Source of the DNA: Eledone cirrhosa
Lineage: Eukaryota
Assembly: GCA_964016885.1 (NCBI GenBank)
Contig: OZ024754.1
Coordinates: 22,692,001 to 22,756,000 of the forward strand
DNA: 64,000 nucleotides
Direction: 5' to 3'
Part shown: positions 45,585 through 60,391 of the stretch, piece after piece
Layout of the letters: every line of letters begins with the position of its first letter
Numbering within the stretch: position 1 is the stretch's first letter
Made by a program: the position numbers and the translations under genes
The notes under the pieces: generated by a model
The model's input: only the letters and a program-made list of their open reading frames with translations
What the model was told of the DNA's origin: nothing
Databases searched by the model: none

Positions 45585-48500
45585 TGGAATCACTGGCAAC
45601 AGAACAAATTAAAGAAAGGATCGAAAAAGTGGAGGGAGTGCATGCTCAAGATGAAACTCCAAATGAAAATAATGAGATCATAAATGATAAAGAAATGAAT
45701 GAGAATGAACTTGCCAACTTGAAGGATGAAATTATGATCGAATGAATGAAAATGAAAGAATCTGACATGGGGCAACGAGACACCCTCCCTAAGATCCAGA
45801 ACTCCAAACAGAACCAAAAGATAATACGCAAGACTAACATAATTCACAAAAACATTATCATCACAAACTAAACATTACTGATTTAAATCATCTCTATTAT
45901 GCATCAGCTAAAGTCACCACTCACTTATGTGGAGTGAAGATGAAAAAACAAAGGAATTCCCACAAGAAATCTACTTGGCAAGAGAACATCAATCGCCAAA
46001 TAAACCTTCTCCGATCTGGCATAGTTAAAAAACTATAAAGTAGGTGAACATGTTAAACAAACTAAACTTAGAAAATTGAAAAGAAAGTACAGTATAAAAT
46101 CAACAAGTGACATAGACATGCTGATAGAAATAATCAAGCAAAAAGTGTCGGCCAAAGCTGCTCGTATAAGGCGCTTTGAAAAACGATCTAGATTCTATAA
46201 GGACAATAATATGTTCAAAAACAACCAAAGAAACTTCTACATAAAAATTAGTAAGTCAACAATAACTGCTAAATCAATACCACCCAAGGAGGAAGTGCAA
46301 GAATTCTGGGAAAAGATTTGGGCCGAAGAAAAAGTTCATAACATACATGTCCCATGGATAGACAGACAAATGAAAGATACAGCTCACCTTGAGGAACAAA
46401 TATGGGAAAATATAACAGTTGAACAGTTGCGCTTGGCTCTAAGAAAAACCAGCAAATGGAAATCCCCAGGAAAAGACAAAATACAAAATTTTTGGATAAA
46501 TGCCTACACAGAGTCTCATGAGCTGTTAGCCCAACTTTACAATGAAATAGTTAAGGAGCCAGAAAAGATACCATCATGGCTAGTTAACGGCATTACATTC
46601 CTGCTTCCGAAGAATGATGAGACAAACAATCCCAAAAATTACAGACCGATAACTTGCTTGACCACAATGTATAAAATTTTAACATCAGTCCTAACTGAAT
46701 ACACATATGACCACCTGATAACAAATGACCTATTTCCCATTGAGCAGAAAGGGTGTAAACGAGGCTCATATGGCTGTAAAGATCAGCTTTTGGTTAACAA
46801 AATGATACTGGAAGATTGTCATAATAGACACAAAAATCTATCAATTGCTTGGATAGATTATAAAAAAGCATTCGATAGTTTGCCACACAGTTGGATTGAA
46901 AAATGTTTAGAGATTTTCAAAATATCCCCCGTTGTCAGGAGGTTTTTGTCATTCAGTATGAAGACATAGAAAACGACACTCCTTTTGAATAGTGAAACAA
47001 AATCACTGGAAGCTGGAGAAGTTAATATTAATTGTGGAATTTTTCAGGGTGACTCTTTATCACCGTTTTTATTCTGCATCGCACTTATACCATTAAGTAA
47101 AATGCTCAATGAAACAAAACATGGATATAAAGTCTATGACAAAACCATTAATCACTTGTTCTACATGGATGACCTGAAACTATTTGCAAAAAATGATGAA
47201 CAATTGCAAGGGCTATTATCCACTGTGAAGCAGTTCAGTGATGACATTAAAATGGAGTTTGGACTAGATAAATGCGCCAAAGCAACGTTCACCAGAGGAA
47301 AGCTGCCGAAGAGTTCAGACATTAATCTTGATCGGGGGAACGTGATAAGAGAACTTGATCAAGAAAAAACTTACAAATATCTAGGTGTTTGTGAAGGAGA
47401 CGGAATCAAGCACTCGACAATGAGGGAAAGGATAAGGAAGGAATGTTACCGCAGAGTAAGAGCAATCTTAAGAACGGAATTGAATGCAAGGAATAGGATA
47501 GATGCCATAAACACGCTTGTCATACCAGTAGTAACCTACAGTTACAATGTCATCAACTGGTCAAGCACAGAGATCCGTAGGCTCGATACAAAAATTCGAA
47601 AATTCTTAACCATGCATAGAATGCATCACCCTAAGGCAGATACAGATAGAATATATCTCCCTAGGAAAGAAGGAGGACGTGGGTTAATCCAGTTAGACAT
47701 TGCGTTGAAAACTGCAACAATTGGATTATCTACATATCTAAGGGAATCACATGATTGGATGATCAAACTCGTTTTGAAACACGAAAGCATCAAAAGATCC
47801 TACAAAAGATGCACAAAGATACAGTAATGGACTACAAATTTCAGAAGTCCCATTTACTGCTGAAATGGAAAACACAGAAAAAGCAAAGCAGGTAAAAGTA
47901 ACTGCAAAGAAAGAACTGCTACAGAAACTGGTTAAGAAATGGCAAGAAAAGCCTCTGTATGGAAAATACCCAGAACGAGCTAACAATCCTGATGTTGACA
48001 AAACTTTAACCCATCAGTGGTTGGCATCCTCTGGACTGAAATCGGAGACTGAAGGACTGATTATATCAGCACAAGATCAGTGTCTGCCAACAAAAAATGA
48101 CCAAGCCAACATAATAAAAAATGGATGCAGCCCATTATGCCGTGTATGCAAAAAACAACCAGAGACCATTGACCATATAATTTCAATGTGCAGTCCTATA
48201 GCTCCAACCGAATACCTAAACATGACAGAGCTGCACAATACATACATTGGATAATGTGTAAGCATTTTGACCTGCCCCATCAAAAGAATTGGTGGGAGCA
48301 TCAACCACCTCCCATACTTGAAAAAGATCACATCTCAATCTTATGGAACTTTAGCATCCAAACAGACCGAAAAATAGGTGCAAATAGACCTGATATAATA
48401 TTGAAGGACTTTAAAAAGAGGGTATGCCTGCTAATTGATATGTCCGTTCCAATAGACAAGAATGTATCTATAAAAACATTTGAAAAATTGAGCAAGTATA

Positions 48501-48845
48501 AGGACCTGGAGATAGAAATTGGAAAAATGTGGAAATTGAGAACTAAAACAATACCAGTGGTTGTAGGCGCTCTGGGAATGATACCTAAGGGGTCTAATGA
48601 TTACTTATCGCAAATCCCAGGAAACCCGCGTATAGGAGAAATACAAAAGATAGTACTAATGGGAACTGCCCATATACAAAAGAAGATTCTGTCAATATAA
48701 GTACATCACAAGTCTAAACACTAAAGATGCATGTGTGAGTATGTATGTTCTTTCTTGAGCATGGCGGACTTTGTTGTCTCTTGAGGTCACTGGTTGTGAC
48801 TTGGTGATAACTCGTATGAACATAAAGCAAGATAAATGCAACTAT
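45584..48845 (+). mobile_element. Dong/R4-like non-LTR element (RT + CCHC + restriction-like endonuclease) in (TAA)n
   Basis: WIDYKKAFDS, GIFQGDSLSP, FYMDDLK; CRVC...ETIDHIISMC; KHD; RPDII..IDMSVP..KLSKYKDL; (aat)n on both sides. Confidence 0.9.
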
Positions 48846-48862
48846 AATAATAATAATAATAA

Positions 48863-49165
48863 TAGTACACTATTAATAATTATTAATGCACTCGTGCAAT
48901 GCCTGTGCGTGACGAATATTTTTAAAGTGAGGAAAGACTGTGCACTGAGTCAATCCCACTCTCTGAGCGACAGTAGCTATAACCTGAAAAGAAAAGATCA
49001 ACATCATCGGTAACTACTGAGCCGCAGGTTTTATGTCGGAGTTAACCCAGTTTCCTGAGATGCCTTCTCCTAGAAGAATGCCCTGACAAGGGCTAGGGGT
49101 TCTTCACTCCCAGTGGTTTAACTGCGCGATCGGGCATCCAGCCCGATTATTTCTGTCCCCGCGCA
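48863..49165 (-). other. Probable structured 5' leader of the RTE at 42340-45500, displaced by the Dong insertion
   Basis: Same strand and upstream position; hairpins atcgggc/gcccgat, gccct/agggc and tcttct/agaagg; tctaggagaagg motif resembles RTE 5' UTRs. Confidence 0.55.
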
Positions 49166-49414
49166 AAAAAAAAAAAAAAAAAAAAAAAAACTCACTTATT
49201 GACACTTATACGTACGATATACACACACGCGCATACATATGCGCACACACACACGCATACATACGCGCGCACACAGCAACACTCATACATACAAACAAAC
49301 ACACACGCTACTCACTTACACACACACACATATATATATATATATTACCGTCATTACTGATACAAGATTACAAGATTATGTCAACTGTTGACTTTCAAGA
49401 GTTTGTATAGTTGA

Positions 49415-49610
49415 AGCCGTTCGTATTACAGTCCAGTATTATTATAATTGCTTTACAGCATAGAGTTATGGCTCTCCACGCTCTGAGCTTAAATCCCGCC
49501 GAGGTCAACCTTGCCTTTCATCCCCACGGAGTCAACAAAAGAGAGTACCAATGATGCGCTGGCCCAGTCGCTGGATCCGTGCCAAAAGCAGAAAAATTAT
49601 TATTATTAAA
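49415..49610 (+). mobile_element. Degenerate SINE (35621 family)
   Basis: aaatcccgccgaggtcaaccttgcctttcatcccc...gtacc...aattattattatt. Confidence 0.7.
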
Positions 49611-50459
49611 GTTGTTTTCTTAAGGCCCGGTCGCTGGTGATGGTGATGGCGGCGGTGGTGGCGGTGGCGGCGGTGGTGGTGGTGGTGGCAGTTGATGTTG
49701 TTGTTGTGTTGTGTGCGTGTGTGTGTGTTTTGTTATTTTGAGATTTTTTGTTTGTTTGTGGGTTTTTTTTTAAATTGTTTTTTTAATCTTTTGATGCCGC
49801 TGTTGTTGTTGTAAATGTTCATTTCAATTCATTCTGAAGCTGTTGTTGCTGTAAACATTAGTGCCGGTGTTGTTGTAGATGTTGGGGTTGAAATCTGGTC
49901 GTTTGACTGACACACACATACATATATATATATATATACACATTCAACACAGAGTAGAGAGTTTGACAACAGGTCGATGACTTTAGTCTAGATAGGTAAT
50001 GACATGTGATGGTGGGGAGAAGTGTAGACGTTATTGTGGTGGTGGGGGACAGTGAGATGTATCTAGTTCATTTGTCCGTTTTCTTCTCTTTGCAAAATTT
50101 GAATTTTAGCCATGTTATATTGAGATGTAAGTAAATGTAAAATGTAAAATATAAATAAGGATTGCTCTGGTAAAATATACTAAAATATTTGTGTAACTTC
50201 CACAAACTTCTGTCGTGACATTTCCGAGTCCAGTGACCAAAAAATTGTTGTATTTTGAAGTTTCAGAATACAAAAATTAATTAAAAACTTACCCCACGAA
50301 AAGACAGCGTGTGTTGTCCTATCTATAAGGTCCGTCATCATATGTATATATATATATGTATATCATCGTATGTATATATATATATATATACATATATACA
50401 TACATATATATATACATATATATATATACATGCATGTATATATACATATATATATATAT

Positions 50460-51050
50460 ATTATTAAGTGTAATGAATTCTTTTACAATGGAATTAGCTC
50501 GAAGGAGGAAATACCCCTGAGCCGTGTATAAACTAATATATATGATGAAACACAGATACCAACACATCTGTATTTATATTGCAAAAGAAAATTTAGCCAG
50601 AATGAAGTATACTAATTATTATACTACAGTTTGTCCATATCGATTTAAAATAATAAATCAACAACGACGAACTGCATTGCCAAATGGCTATGATGTTTAG
50701 ACATTTAAATTTCAAAATCAAACCTGTTCCGTAGATAAGTTTAAACTTTAAAATCCAAATATGTTTCGAGATGAATAAGTGTAGGAATATCATGTCCTGC
50801 TCTCCTCAGTAAACATCCAGGGACAAATTGATATGCTTCACTTCTAAATAATTTAAAAGACTGTGTAACGCACATGGTTTACAGTTTCTAGCTAGTCTCA
50901 TAACCGTACTGCTAGAAATAACAGTCGTATATATGAGGCAACGTTCAGCTCAGCCTAGGAGCAGTTATATTATTAAGTGTAATGAATTCTTTTACAATGG
51001 AATTAGCTCGAAGGAGGAAATACCCCTGAGCCGTGTATAAACTAATATAT
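50460..51050 (-). mobile_element. ~510 bp unit with partial tandem repeat and degenerate hammerhead (50753-50814)
   Basis: ttattaagtgtaatgaattc... at 50461 and ~50970; minus strand gttta-CTGAGGA-gag...ctc-GAAA-cata-TT-tggat. Confidence 0.55.
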
Positions 51051-51062
51051 ATATATATATAC

Positions 51063-51114
<52 letters not shown>

Positions 51115-51154
51115 AATATATAAGAACAAAAGATGGTTAAAAGAGTTTCATGTA

Positions 51155-51221
51155 TTTTATTATGCGCATTTCAAAAACAAATATCATCATGCAATAATAT
51201 TTGTGTTTTCATCAGATAAAA
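51155..51221 (-). ncRNA. Type I hammerhead ribozyme
   Basis: Reverse complement of 52666-52732. Confidence 0.8.
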
Positions 51222-52665
51222 CAGGAAGACATGATATGAAGATTAAAAAACACTTGTGGATAGTGCAGTTTTAAATCAACATATGAAAAGTAGTTTTAGA
51301 TTGATGTGTGATATTAGGAAAAAAATATTTTATTTTGAGGGGGGGGGGGTGAAAAAGAGGAGGAGATGAGAGTAAAAAGTGGAGAGGGAGGAGTATAATG
51401 AGGAAGGATGAGATAGGAGGAGAGATGGGTGATAGAGAGAGAGAGATAGCTTTTATAACTGAGAAAGATATATTGTTTTACATAGAGAGGTTGAAAACCG
51501 TTGGAAGATAATGTATAAATTAAAAGAATTTGAAAATTAACGAAGAGAAAAATAATGTAAAGTTAAGGTTTGTATATTGAAGGGTTTAATAATATGTGCG
51601 ATGAAAAGAAAATGTTAATATGTATTAAGAATAATATTTAAGGGTTTAATAAGATGTGCGATTGAAAGAAAAAGTTAATATGTATTAAGAGTAAAATTTA
51701 AGGGTTTAATAATATGTGCGATGGAAAGAAAATGTTGATATGTATTATTAAAAAGAACAACAGGTAATTTAAGTAAGGATATATTGTGGGATGAGCATGA
51801 ATGAGTTAGATGAAAGGGAGAAAAGAATAATGAATTGAGGATGAATAATCTAACGTCAAAAAAATGTTTATGTTTACGAAGGATTTTTACAAGGTGATAT
51901 AGAGTAAGAATGTATTGTATTATGTAATAATTGATTCTATGTTAGGCAACTGTGAGAAAAGGTACAGATTAGGGGTTAGACATTAAAAGAAAAAGAGAAG
52001 AAAGGGAAGTGATAAATAGGAGCGATATAGAATGAGTAACAAGTATTATATAATGTATAATAAAAACTTTGAAATAAGGTAGAAAGATGGGTATATTTTT
52101 AAAGAAGTGTATATATATATATATGTGCCTTTGAGAAAAAGATTCTAAATTGATAAAGTTTTAGATATTAGCTGTATACTTTGTGGAATGTTTTGTGGAA
52201 TTTATGCAAGCAGATAGAAAACAAGTCAGTGCGTCTATTTATTATAGAATCTAAATTAGATATAATGGTAAATTTTTCATTTAGACAGAGATTGCAAATC
52301 TTGGATAGAGAACTGTTCAAGTTTGAAAACGCAGAAGAAACCTTCTTCCAAAAGATGCTATATTTAATATTTTTGTCTTTCAAGGACCATATGAGTTCTG
52401 AGAGAGCCGTGTTGGTTCTTTTAAGTTTGTATTTAAAAGACGAATGATGGTTATAAAGACGAGCTTTAAAGGAGGTGGAAGTGGAGCCAAAATAGGTGAA
52501 GGAATTGGTGTCAGTTATAACTTTACATCCTTTCCACCCCCACCTCCCTCAAAATAAAATATTTTTTTCCCAATATCACACATCAATCTAAAACTACTTT
52601 TCATATGTTGATTTAAAACTGCACTATCCACAAGTGTTTTTTAATCTTCATATCATGTCTTCCTG

Positions 52666-52732
52666 TTTTATCTGATGAAAACACAAATATTATTGCATGA
52701 TGATATTTGTTTTTGAAATGCGCATAATAAAA
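52666..52732 (+). ncRNA. Type I hammerhead ribozyme
   Basis: ttttat-CTGATGA-aaac acaaatattat..tgatatttgt tttt-GAAA-tgcgca-TA-ataaaa. Confidence 0.8.
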
Positions 52733-52860
52733 TACATGGAACTCTTTTAACCATCTTTTGTTCTTATATATTATATATACTCCAGTCCTACAAACTGTAG
52801 AGTGCTTCTTATCCGATATCTGCATTGCTTTATTGTACTACAATAAAACTCACCTCCTAC

Positions 52861-52961
<101 letters not shown>

Positions 52962-53007
52962 TATATAAAATTAACAAAAAAGCCTTTAATTCATTAAAAA
53001 TCTTTAT

Positions 53008-53052
53008 TTGCTGACAATGTTTCGTCCCATTAATTAGGATTCATCAGAGCAA
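53008..53052 (-). ncRNA. Type I hammerhead ribozyme, GUC site
   Basis: Minus strand: ttgct-CTGATGA-atcct aattaat gggac-GAAA-cattg-TC-agcaa. Confidence 0.8.
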
Positions 53053-53864
53053 GGAAAAAGACAAGAAATATCATCGGCTAGAACAAGCCAAAATTCAGAA
53101 GAATAGCGAATGGATATTTATCAAAATTTAGGAAAATTTTCATGGAAAGACAAGTTAAACCTAACAGGGTGCATTTGTAAGTAAAAGTTATAGGGCAAGA
53201 GAGCAAGCAAACATTAAACAAACCCACGTTAAAAATACAATATAAGTCTAATACTTAAACTACAACATAGTAATATAATGCGAGAAATAAGATATACAAA
53301 TTGTAATATAATAATAATATACAATGCAATACAATACATAATACAGAAATAAAATTTAATATAAATATATATCTACACGGACTCCGACACATATATATAC
53401 ACACACACATATACACATACACGTATTAACACAAATATATAAATATAAGCATTATAATAGAATAATCACCCTGACGGTGTGATTAAACAATACTAAAATC
53501 AATGAAAATAATATATTGACATTAAAAAATAAATAAATACATCCAACGAACCAATACAATGTCAACAAAACGTGTATAAAAACATAATGTATTACACAGG
53601 GTAAAAAATAATAATACCATACAATAAAATAAAGTATGGTGAAAAAATATATATAAATATATATAATAGACAATAAATATATGGAGATATAGGCAATTCA
53701 AATACATATAATATTACATATTAATATTTCAATACCAGACAGACAATAGCAAGGGAGAAAGTTTTAAAACATATTTACACAATATATTCATCTACACATC
53801 TATATATGTATATCATCGTATCTATATATACATATATACATACATATATATATACATATATATA

Positions 53865-53898
<34 letters not shown>

Positions 53899-53920
53899 TA
53901 CATATATACATATATATACA

Positions 53921-53952
<32 letters not shown>

Positions 53953-53953
53953 C

Positions 53954-53984
<31 letters not shown>

Positions 53985-54069
53985 AGATATATATCTATAT
54001 ATATATATGTATATATAAGATATATATACATATATATATATATGTATATATATACACATATATATATAC

Positions 54070-54104
<35 letters not shown>

Positions 54105-54121
54105 CATATATATATATATAC

Positions 54122-54156
<35 letters not shown>

Positions 54157-54161
54157 CATAC

Positions 54162-54199
<38 letters not shown>

Positions 54200-54260
54200 A
54201 CATACATATATATACATATATATATATACATACATATATATACATATATATATATACATA

Positions 54261-54298
<38 letters not shown>

Positions 54299-54302
54299 CA
54301 TA

Positions 54303-54400
<98 letters not shown>

Positions 54401-54401
54401 C

Positions 54402-54432
<31 letters not shown>

Positions 54433-54482
54433 CAATATACTATATTAAACAAATGGAAACTATATTTATAAAACCATATTTA

Positions 54483-54544
54483 TTTCATTATACATATTTC
54501 GGGGATACCATATTAAAAATATGGCATGCCTTCGTCAGATAAAA
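54483..54544 (-). ncRNA. Type I hammerhead ribozyme
   Basis: Minus strand: ttttat-CTGACGA-aggc atgccatat..atatggtat cccc-GAAA-tatgta-TA-atgaaa; a partial copy lies at ~30168-30245. Confidence 0.75.
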
Positions 54545-55385
54545 TACAATATAGAAACAGTTTTATAAATAATTTTGACGTACCATAAATATGAGCGACC
54601 ATTATGTAGGAAGCTGGTTTGGTTGTGAAGTGTTTATAAATATTTAGTGTTAAGCACAGTTATAAAGAAAGACGGAGAAAAAGAAAAATGTATGTAAAGA
54701 AAAACAGAGAGAAATAGAGAGAGATAGGGGAGAGAGAAATAGGGAGGAGGTGAAAAAAGAGAGGCAACCGAAGGCAACAGATGAATAATAATAATTCATC
54801 ATACAAATTGAGAGATTTAAGAGGGAGGGAGTACGGTAATTATTTAGTTATAGTGTTAAGGACAGTTAGAGAGGAGACGGAGAGAAATAAAAAATGGAGA
54901 TGAAGAGAAAACAGAGAGAGAGAGATAGAGGTGGGGGGAAAAAAGAAAGAGGGAGACAAAATAATAATAATTATATAGGGGGAGGTGAAAATCAAGAGAG
55001 AAACCTGAGAGGCAAAGTCAAAACAACAGATACATAAACTTCATCATATATAAAGAGAGAGGAGAAGAAATAGCTATATCTAGAGAGAGGGATGATAGAG
55101 TTACATCCTTACGTCATGTCCTATCAATTTTAATTATCAATTCACATGAACTGGGTAATATAATGTAAATATCAATATTCATGAATGAGACATAGATATA
55201 TAATGTGTGAAAATAATTTTGCTCAATAATGACCATATGTTTAGTTTAAAACTCTGAGGTCGATGTACCAAAAACTGAGATAAATCTTCAAAAAATTACC
55301 CTATTTATAAAAATACGGAGATGTATAAGTATATACATACACATGCATATGCACTTTCTGGAAAAGGAAAGAAAAAGAGAAAGTC

Positions 55386-55499
<114 letters not shown>

Positions 55500-55601
55500 G
55501 TATATGTATATGTATATATATATGTATATATATATATATGTATATATATATGTATATATATACATATACATAAATATATATATATATACATCTATGTATA
55601 A

Positions 55602-55634
<33 letters not shown>

Positions 55635-55811
55635 CATATATATGCATATATATACATGTATATATATATATACATATATATACATATATATATATAGATA
55701 TATATATATACATATATATACATATATATATATATACATATATTTATATATATGTATATATACACACATATATATATATACATATATATACATATACATA
55801 TATACATATAC

Positions 55812-55900
<89 letters not shown>

Positions 55901-56179
55901 TATATACACATATATATATATAGATATAGATATATACATATATATATATCACCAGATCAACAACCTTAACACTCTCGATTACCTGCTTAAATGCTTCTAC
56001 TACACGTAACTCTCTGCCACACTATATAAACAAGACGCACGTGCTTGCCACACATATAACCTTTGCACTATATAACCGCTTAATTTCATGTTGTATTTTA
56101 ACCTGTATTTTTGATTGTATCTTTTAATATGAATGTAATCTCTAAGTGTGTACTGCCACTCTAAATGTGGTAATAATGT

Positions 56180-57090
56180 CTGAATCTTTCTTCATTTCTT
56201 GTGCCAACCCCATGGCCTCCATGGACTCTATTGAAGCCGTCACAGTGTTTACCTACGTGTCCGTTAAAATCTTCTGCGATGATTAGGAAGTCATTGTCGT
56301 TTGTTAGAGCAGTAGTGTGCATTAGGGACTCGTAAATTAGGGACTCCTTCAGTTCGTCTGGCAACCCCGATTTGGGTGCGTAAGCTGATATTATTGTGGT
56401 AATTGTTTTCAGGACTAGTCTGAGTTTAATGATTCTTGCATTTACCCTGTACACTGAGATTACTTTATCTACCCACTTGTCAGCTAGTAGTATACCTACA
56501 CCACCCATCCCATCGTCATTTCCCAACCAGAAAAATTTGTAGCACTGACTTTTTCCTACAAATACTCTAGCAGACTCTCCTCTCCATCTAGTCTCTTGCA
56601 CACAGCATACATCAATTTCCTTTCGCTCTAGTATCTCTACGATTTCTCCTGCTCTTCCTTTCATTGTGCTTACATTGATGGTACCAACTCTGAGTTTTGG
56701 GCATTTGTCAACATTCGTAGGGTCGATTTTTGCAGGGGTGTGTGTGTGCTTCCTGTCTCTGAATTGGAGCTTCACATGGGTGCCTGGTAGCTCGCGGATT
56801 CATATTCATTTTCATCTATTAATTCAGAGTTGCTCCATTTATTCTCAGCTCATCCATACATAACGGTAGGAATATTCAGAGCTAGAAGAACAGTGGTGGT
56901 GGTAATAATGGCAGGGTGTGTTGGGGCTGGGACGTGTGAGGAGAGAGGTAGGTAGTAGTAGAAATGGCAGGGTTTGTTGGGGTTGGTATTGGGTGAGTGG
57001 GACATGTGAGGTTTGATTGGTTGAATAGGCTATGGTGGTGTGTGGGGGTGGGCGGGATGGAAATTGTGAGATAGGTAGCTATCATGGCCT
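56180..57090 (-). mobile_element. 5' part (APE N-terminus) of an RTE-like LINE, inverted relative to its 3' part
   Basis: ORF 56161-56775: VGTINVSTM, CVQETRW, ISAYAP, DFNGHVG; homologous to 3820-4330. Confidence 0.85.
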
Positions 57091-57669
57091 ATAGCATCTC
57101 AGGGCAAAATAAACTGATACGAGTACCTATATTAGACAAGGCGAAATATTAAAGTTAGGATTTCAAAGTGAGTAGATGACTTCGTAGAGACAGCGAAATG
57201 ATAAATACAACAACACTAATAATAATGTAAGAGAGAGGAAGGGGGTAGATGACTTCGTAGAGAGACAGCATGGGAAAAGAAAACGAGGGTAAAAAATAAA
57301 TGTGTTGTGGAGGTTAGTCAAATGTTAAATACAACAATAATAGTGTGAGCGGAACATTTGCAATTGGGAAATAGAGAGATACCTGGAAGATATATATGGA
57401 TGGATGGCCGGAACATGGTTTAGAAGCTCTAGTGATTCATTTTAGCCTTTCAGAATCAAGTGTGTCTTAAAGAACTTCAAGATGAGTGAGGAATGAATGA
57501 ATGAAAAGGAGGTAATAGGTGGATTAGAGAGATAGATAGAGAGAGAGGGTAGCCATATATATGTATATATATGTATATATATATGTGAAAATTGTAAACT
57601 TGACTGTCACCACAGAATATGAACCTGAAGATTGCGAAAGCATGAAAGTACTTGTTCAATTAACACTTA

Positions 57670-60233
57670 ACATGGAAGCTGAAAGACCCCTCAACCAGTA
57701 ACAGATTTAAAGATATTTTACTCAACGCCTACGACAGTAAAGAAGAACAGATAGAGACATTCAATGTAGAAGAGAACTGGGAGTTCCTAAAAAATAACTT
57801 ACTAGAGGCGACGGATGAGATCTGTGGCTGGAGTAAGACCTCAAGCAGGAGGAGAGTGACTTGGTGGTGGAACAATAAGGTAGATGAGGCAGTTAAGGCC
57901 AAGAGACAGGCATGGAAAGAATGGAGAACGGGGGGAGCAGGGTACATTACATAGAGACCAAGAGAGAAGCTAGGCGACAAGTATACTTAGCTAGGAGGGA
58001 AGCAGAGGATAGAAAATTCAAGCATGTTTTGCAACGTGAGGACCAGAAACAGGAGGTGTTCAAGATTGCGAGGCAGTGTGTCAGAGAGAGTTGTGATGTC
58101 ATTGGAGAGAAGTGTATCCGGAATGATAAAGGTGAGCTTGCTCTCACAAGTGCTGAGAAGAAAGATGCATGGAAGAGTCATTATGATAGATTACTAAATG
58201 AGGAGAATGCATGGGAAGAAGAGACCCTACCCCAAGTAGACCCTATAGAGGGGCCAGCAGTACAAGTCAGCAGCAACGTAGTAAGTAAGGCAATCAAAGA
58301 TATGAAGATGGGGAAGGCAACCAGTCCATCGGTATAGCTGCCGAGATGCTGAAGGCATCTGGGTCTGTAGGTCACACTATAACCACACGTATTGTTAACC
58401 AGGTAATACTAGAAGGTGTCATACCAAAAGATTGGTGCAGTAGCATCATTGTCAACTGCTACAAAAGTAAAGGTGATGCACTAGATAGAGGAAACTATAG
58501 AGGTATAAAGTTGATGGACCAGGTCATGAAAGTAACAGAAAGAGTTATAGCACAGTTGATTAGGGACCGGGTGAAAATAGACGAGATGCAATTTGGGTTT
58601 GTACCAGGAAGAGGCACCACTGATGCCCTCTTCCTTGTGAGGCAGTTACAGGAAAAGTACCTAGCTAAAAGTAAGCCACTCTACTTGGCATTTGTCGACC
58701 TTGAGAAAGCCTTTGACAGAGTTCCACGTGCTGTAATCTGGTGGGCTCTTAGAAAACTAGGAGTAGATGAATGGCTTGTGAAAGCAGTACAAGCCATGTA
58801 TAGGGGAGCATTCAGCAAAGTTAGGATTAGCAATGAGTATAGCGAGGAATTTAGTGTACAGGTTGGAGTCCACCAGGGCTCTGTTCTTAGCCCCTCCTGT
58901 TCATCATAGTCCTGCAGGCAATAACGGAGGAGTTTAAGACCGGATGCCCATGGGAGCTCCTGTATGCTGATGACCTCGCACTTATAGCTGAATCTATGGT
59001 AGAACTAGAGAATAAATTCCAAACTTGGAAGCAGGGACAAGAAAGAAAGGGTCTCAAAGTCAACATGACAAAGACTAAGGTCCTTGTAAGTAGACGAGAA
59101 AACAGAACCCAGATCCCCTCAGGGAAATGGTCTTGCTCAGTATGTAGGAAAGGTGTAGGTAGGAACTCCATTCTCTGCCCCAAATGCAAACAATGGGTAC
59201 ACAAGAGATGTAGCTGGATCTCAGGAAGCTTAATTAAGAATGTAGGCTTCACATGCAGCAGCTGTGCTGGGACAGCAAGCAGCAAACAGCCACAGGAAAC
59301 AAGTACCACCAATCTCTGGGAGGGCTCTGTAGAAACAGTAGACAGCTTCTGCTACCTAGGTGACCGAATTAGCAGCGGAGGTGGGTGTTCAGAAAGTACA
59401 ATAACTAGGGTAAGAACGGGATGGAAGAAGTTTAGGGAACTACTACCACTGCTAGCTGCAAAAGGCTTCTCCCTCAGAATGAAAGGCAGACTGTATGATG
59501 CGTGTATCCGAACAGCGATGTTGCATGGTAGTGAGACCTGGGCGCTGAAAGTGGAAGACTTACGTAGATTAGAGAGAAACGAAGCCTGCATGCTCCGATG
59601 GATGTATAACAGTAATATACGTGAACGACAAAGCATAAATGAATTGAGAGAGAGACTGAGCATAAGAGGAATAAAATGCTGTGTGCAGGAGAGGCGGTTG
59701 CGCTGGTATGGACATGTGATGTGTATGAAGGATGACAGCTGCATAAAAAGGTGCAGAGCACTAGAAGTCGATGGAAACCGCGGAGTGAGGAGACCCAAGA
59801 TGACCTGGGATGAGGTGATAAAAGCCGACCTTACCCAATTACACCTCTCAAAAGCAATGACACACGACCGTGACCTCTGGCGTCACGCAGTAATACAGAG
59901 TACCCGACCTCCCATGGGTACAAGCTGAAGCATATAGACAATATGTCCCCACACCCCCCACTGCAAGGTGGTCGTGGAGGTGCCACGGCAAAAAAGCACC
60001 CAGCCCACACTGTAAAGTGGACGTGTAGGCGCCACGAAAAAGCACCCAGCACTCACTGTAAATGAGGTTGGTGTTAGGAAGGGCATCCAGCTGTAGAAAT
60101 CAAGCCAAATCAGTTCCTGTATGAGCAAGGCATGGTCAGCCGACCAGACACTGCCCACAACAGGACAACCCGTCTAACCCATGCTAGCGTGGAAGAACGG
60201 ACGTAAAACGGTGATGATGATGATGATGATGAT
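57670..60233 (+). mobile_element. RTE-like LINE 3' part (RT + PHD-like finger), (GAT)n tail
   Basis: Homologous to 4600-7195; FVDLEKAFDRV, LYADD, RLRWYGHV; ends gatgatgatgatgat. Confidence 0.92.
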
Positions 60234-60391
60234 TTAATATTCTACCATACTATTTCATTCTAATATCATTATAAATTTTAAAGGATTGTAAATAAAACGA
60301 GTAAATCAGGCAAAGTTGGAATTCTTTTTATTAATATAATCTTCTATACACAATCATACACACCCGTGTATATTTATTTTTATATATATAT

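Larger units (their letters stand above)
51115..52775 (-). mobile_element. PLE 3' fragment (GIY-YIG + terminal repeat) capped by an inverted terminal repeat
   Basis: Minus strand YFGSTSTSFKARLYNH...LSELIWSLK...CNLCLNEK (52168-52500); 51115-51345 is the reverse complement of ~52543-52775. Confidence 0.85.

Noticed and set aside
49015-49060. Twister-like taactccgac on the minus strand
   Set aside because: Downstream twister elements and pseudoknot partners are not present
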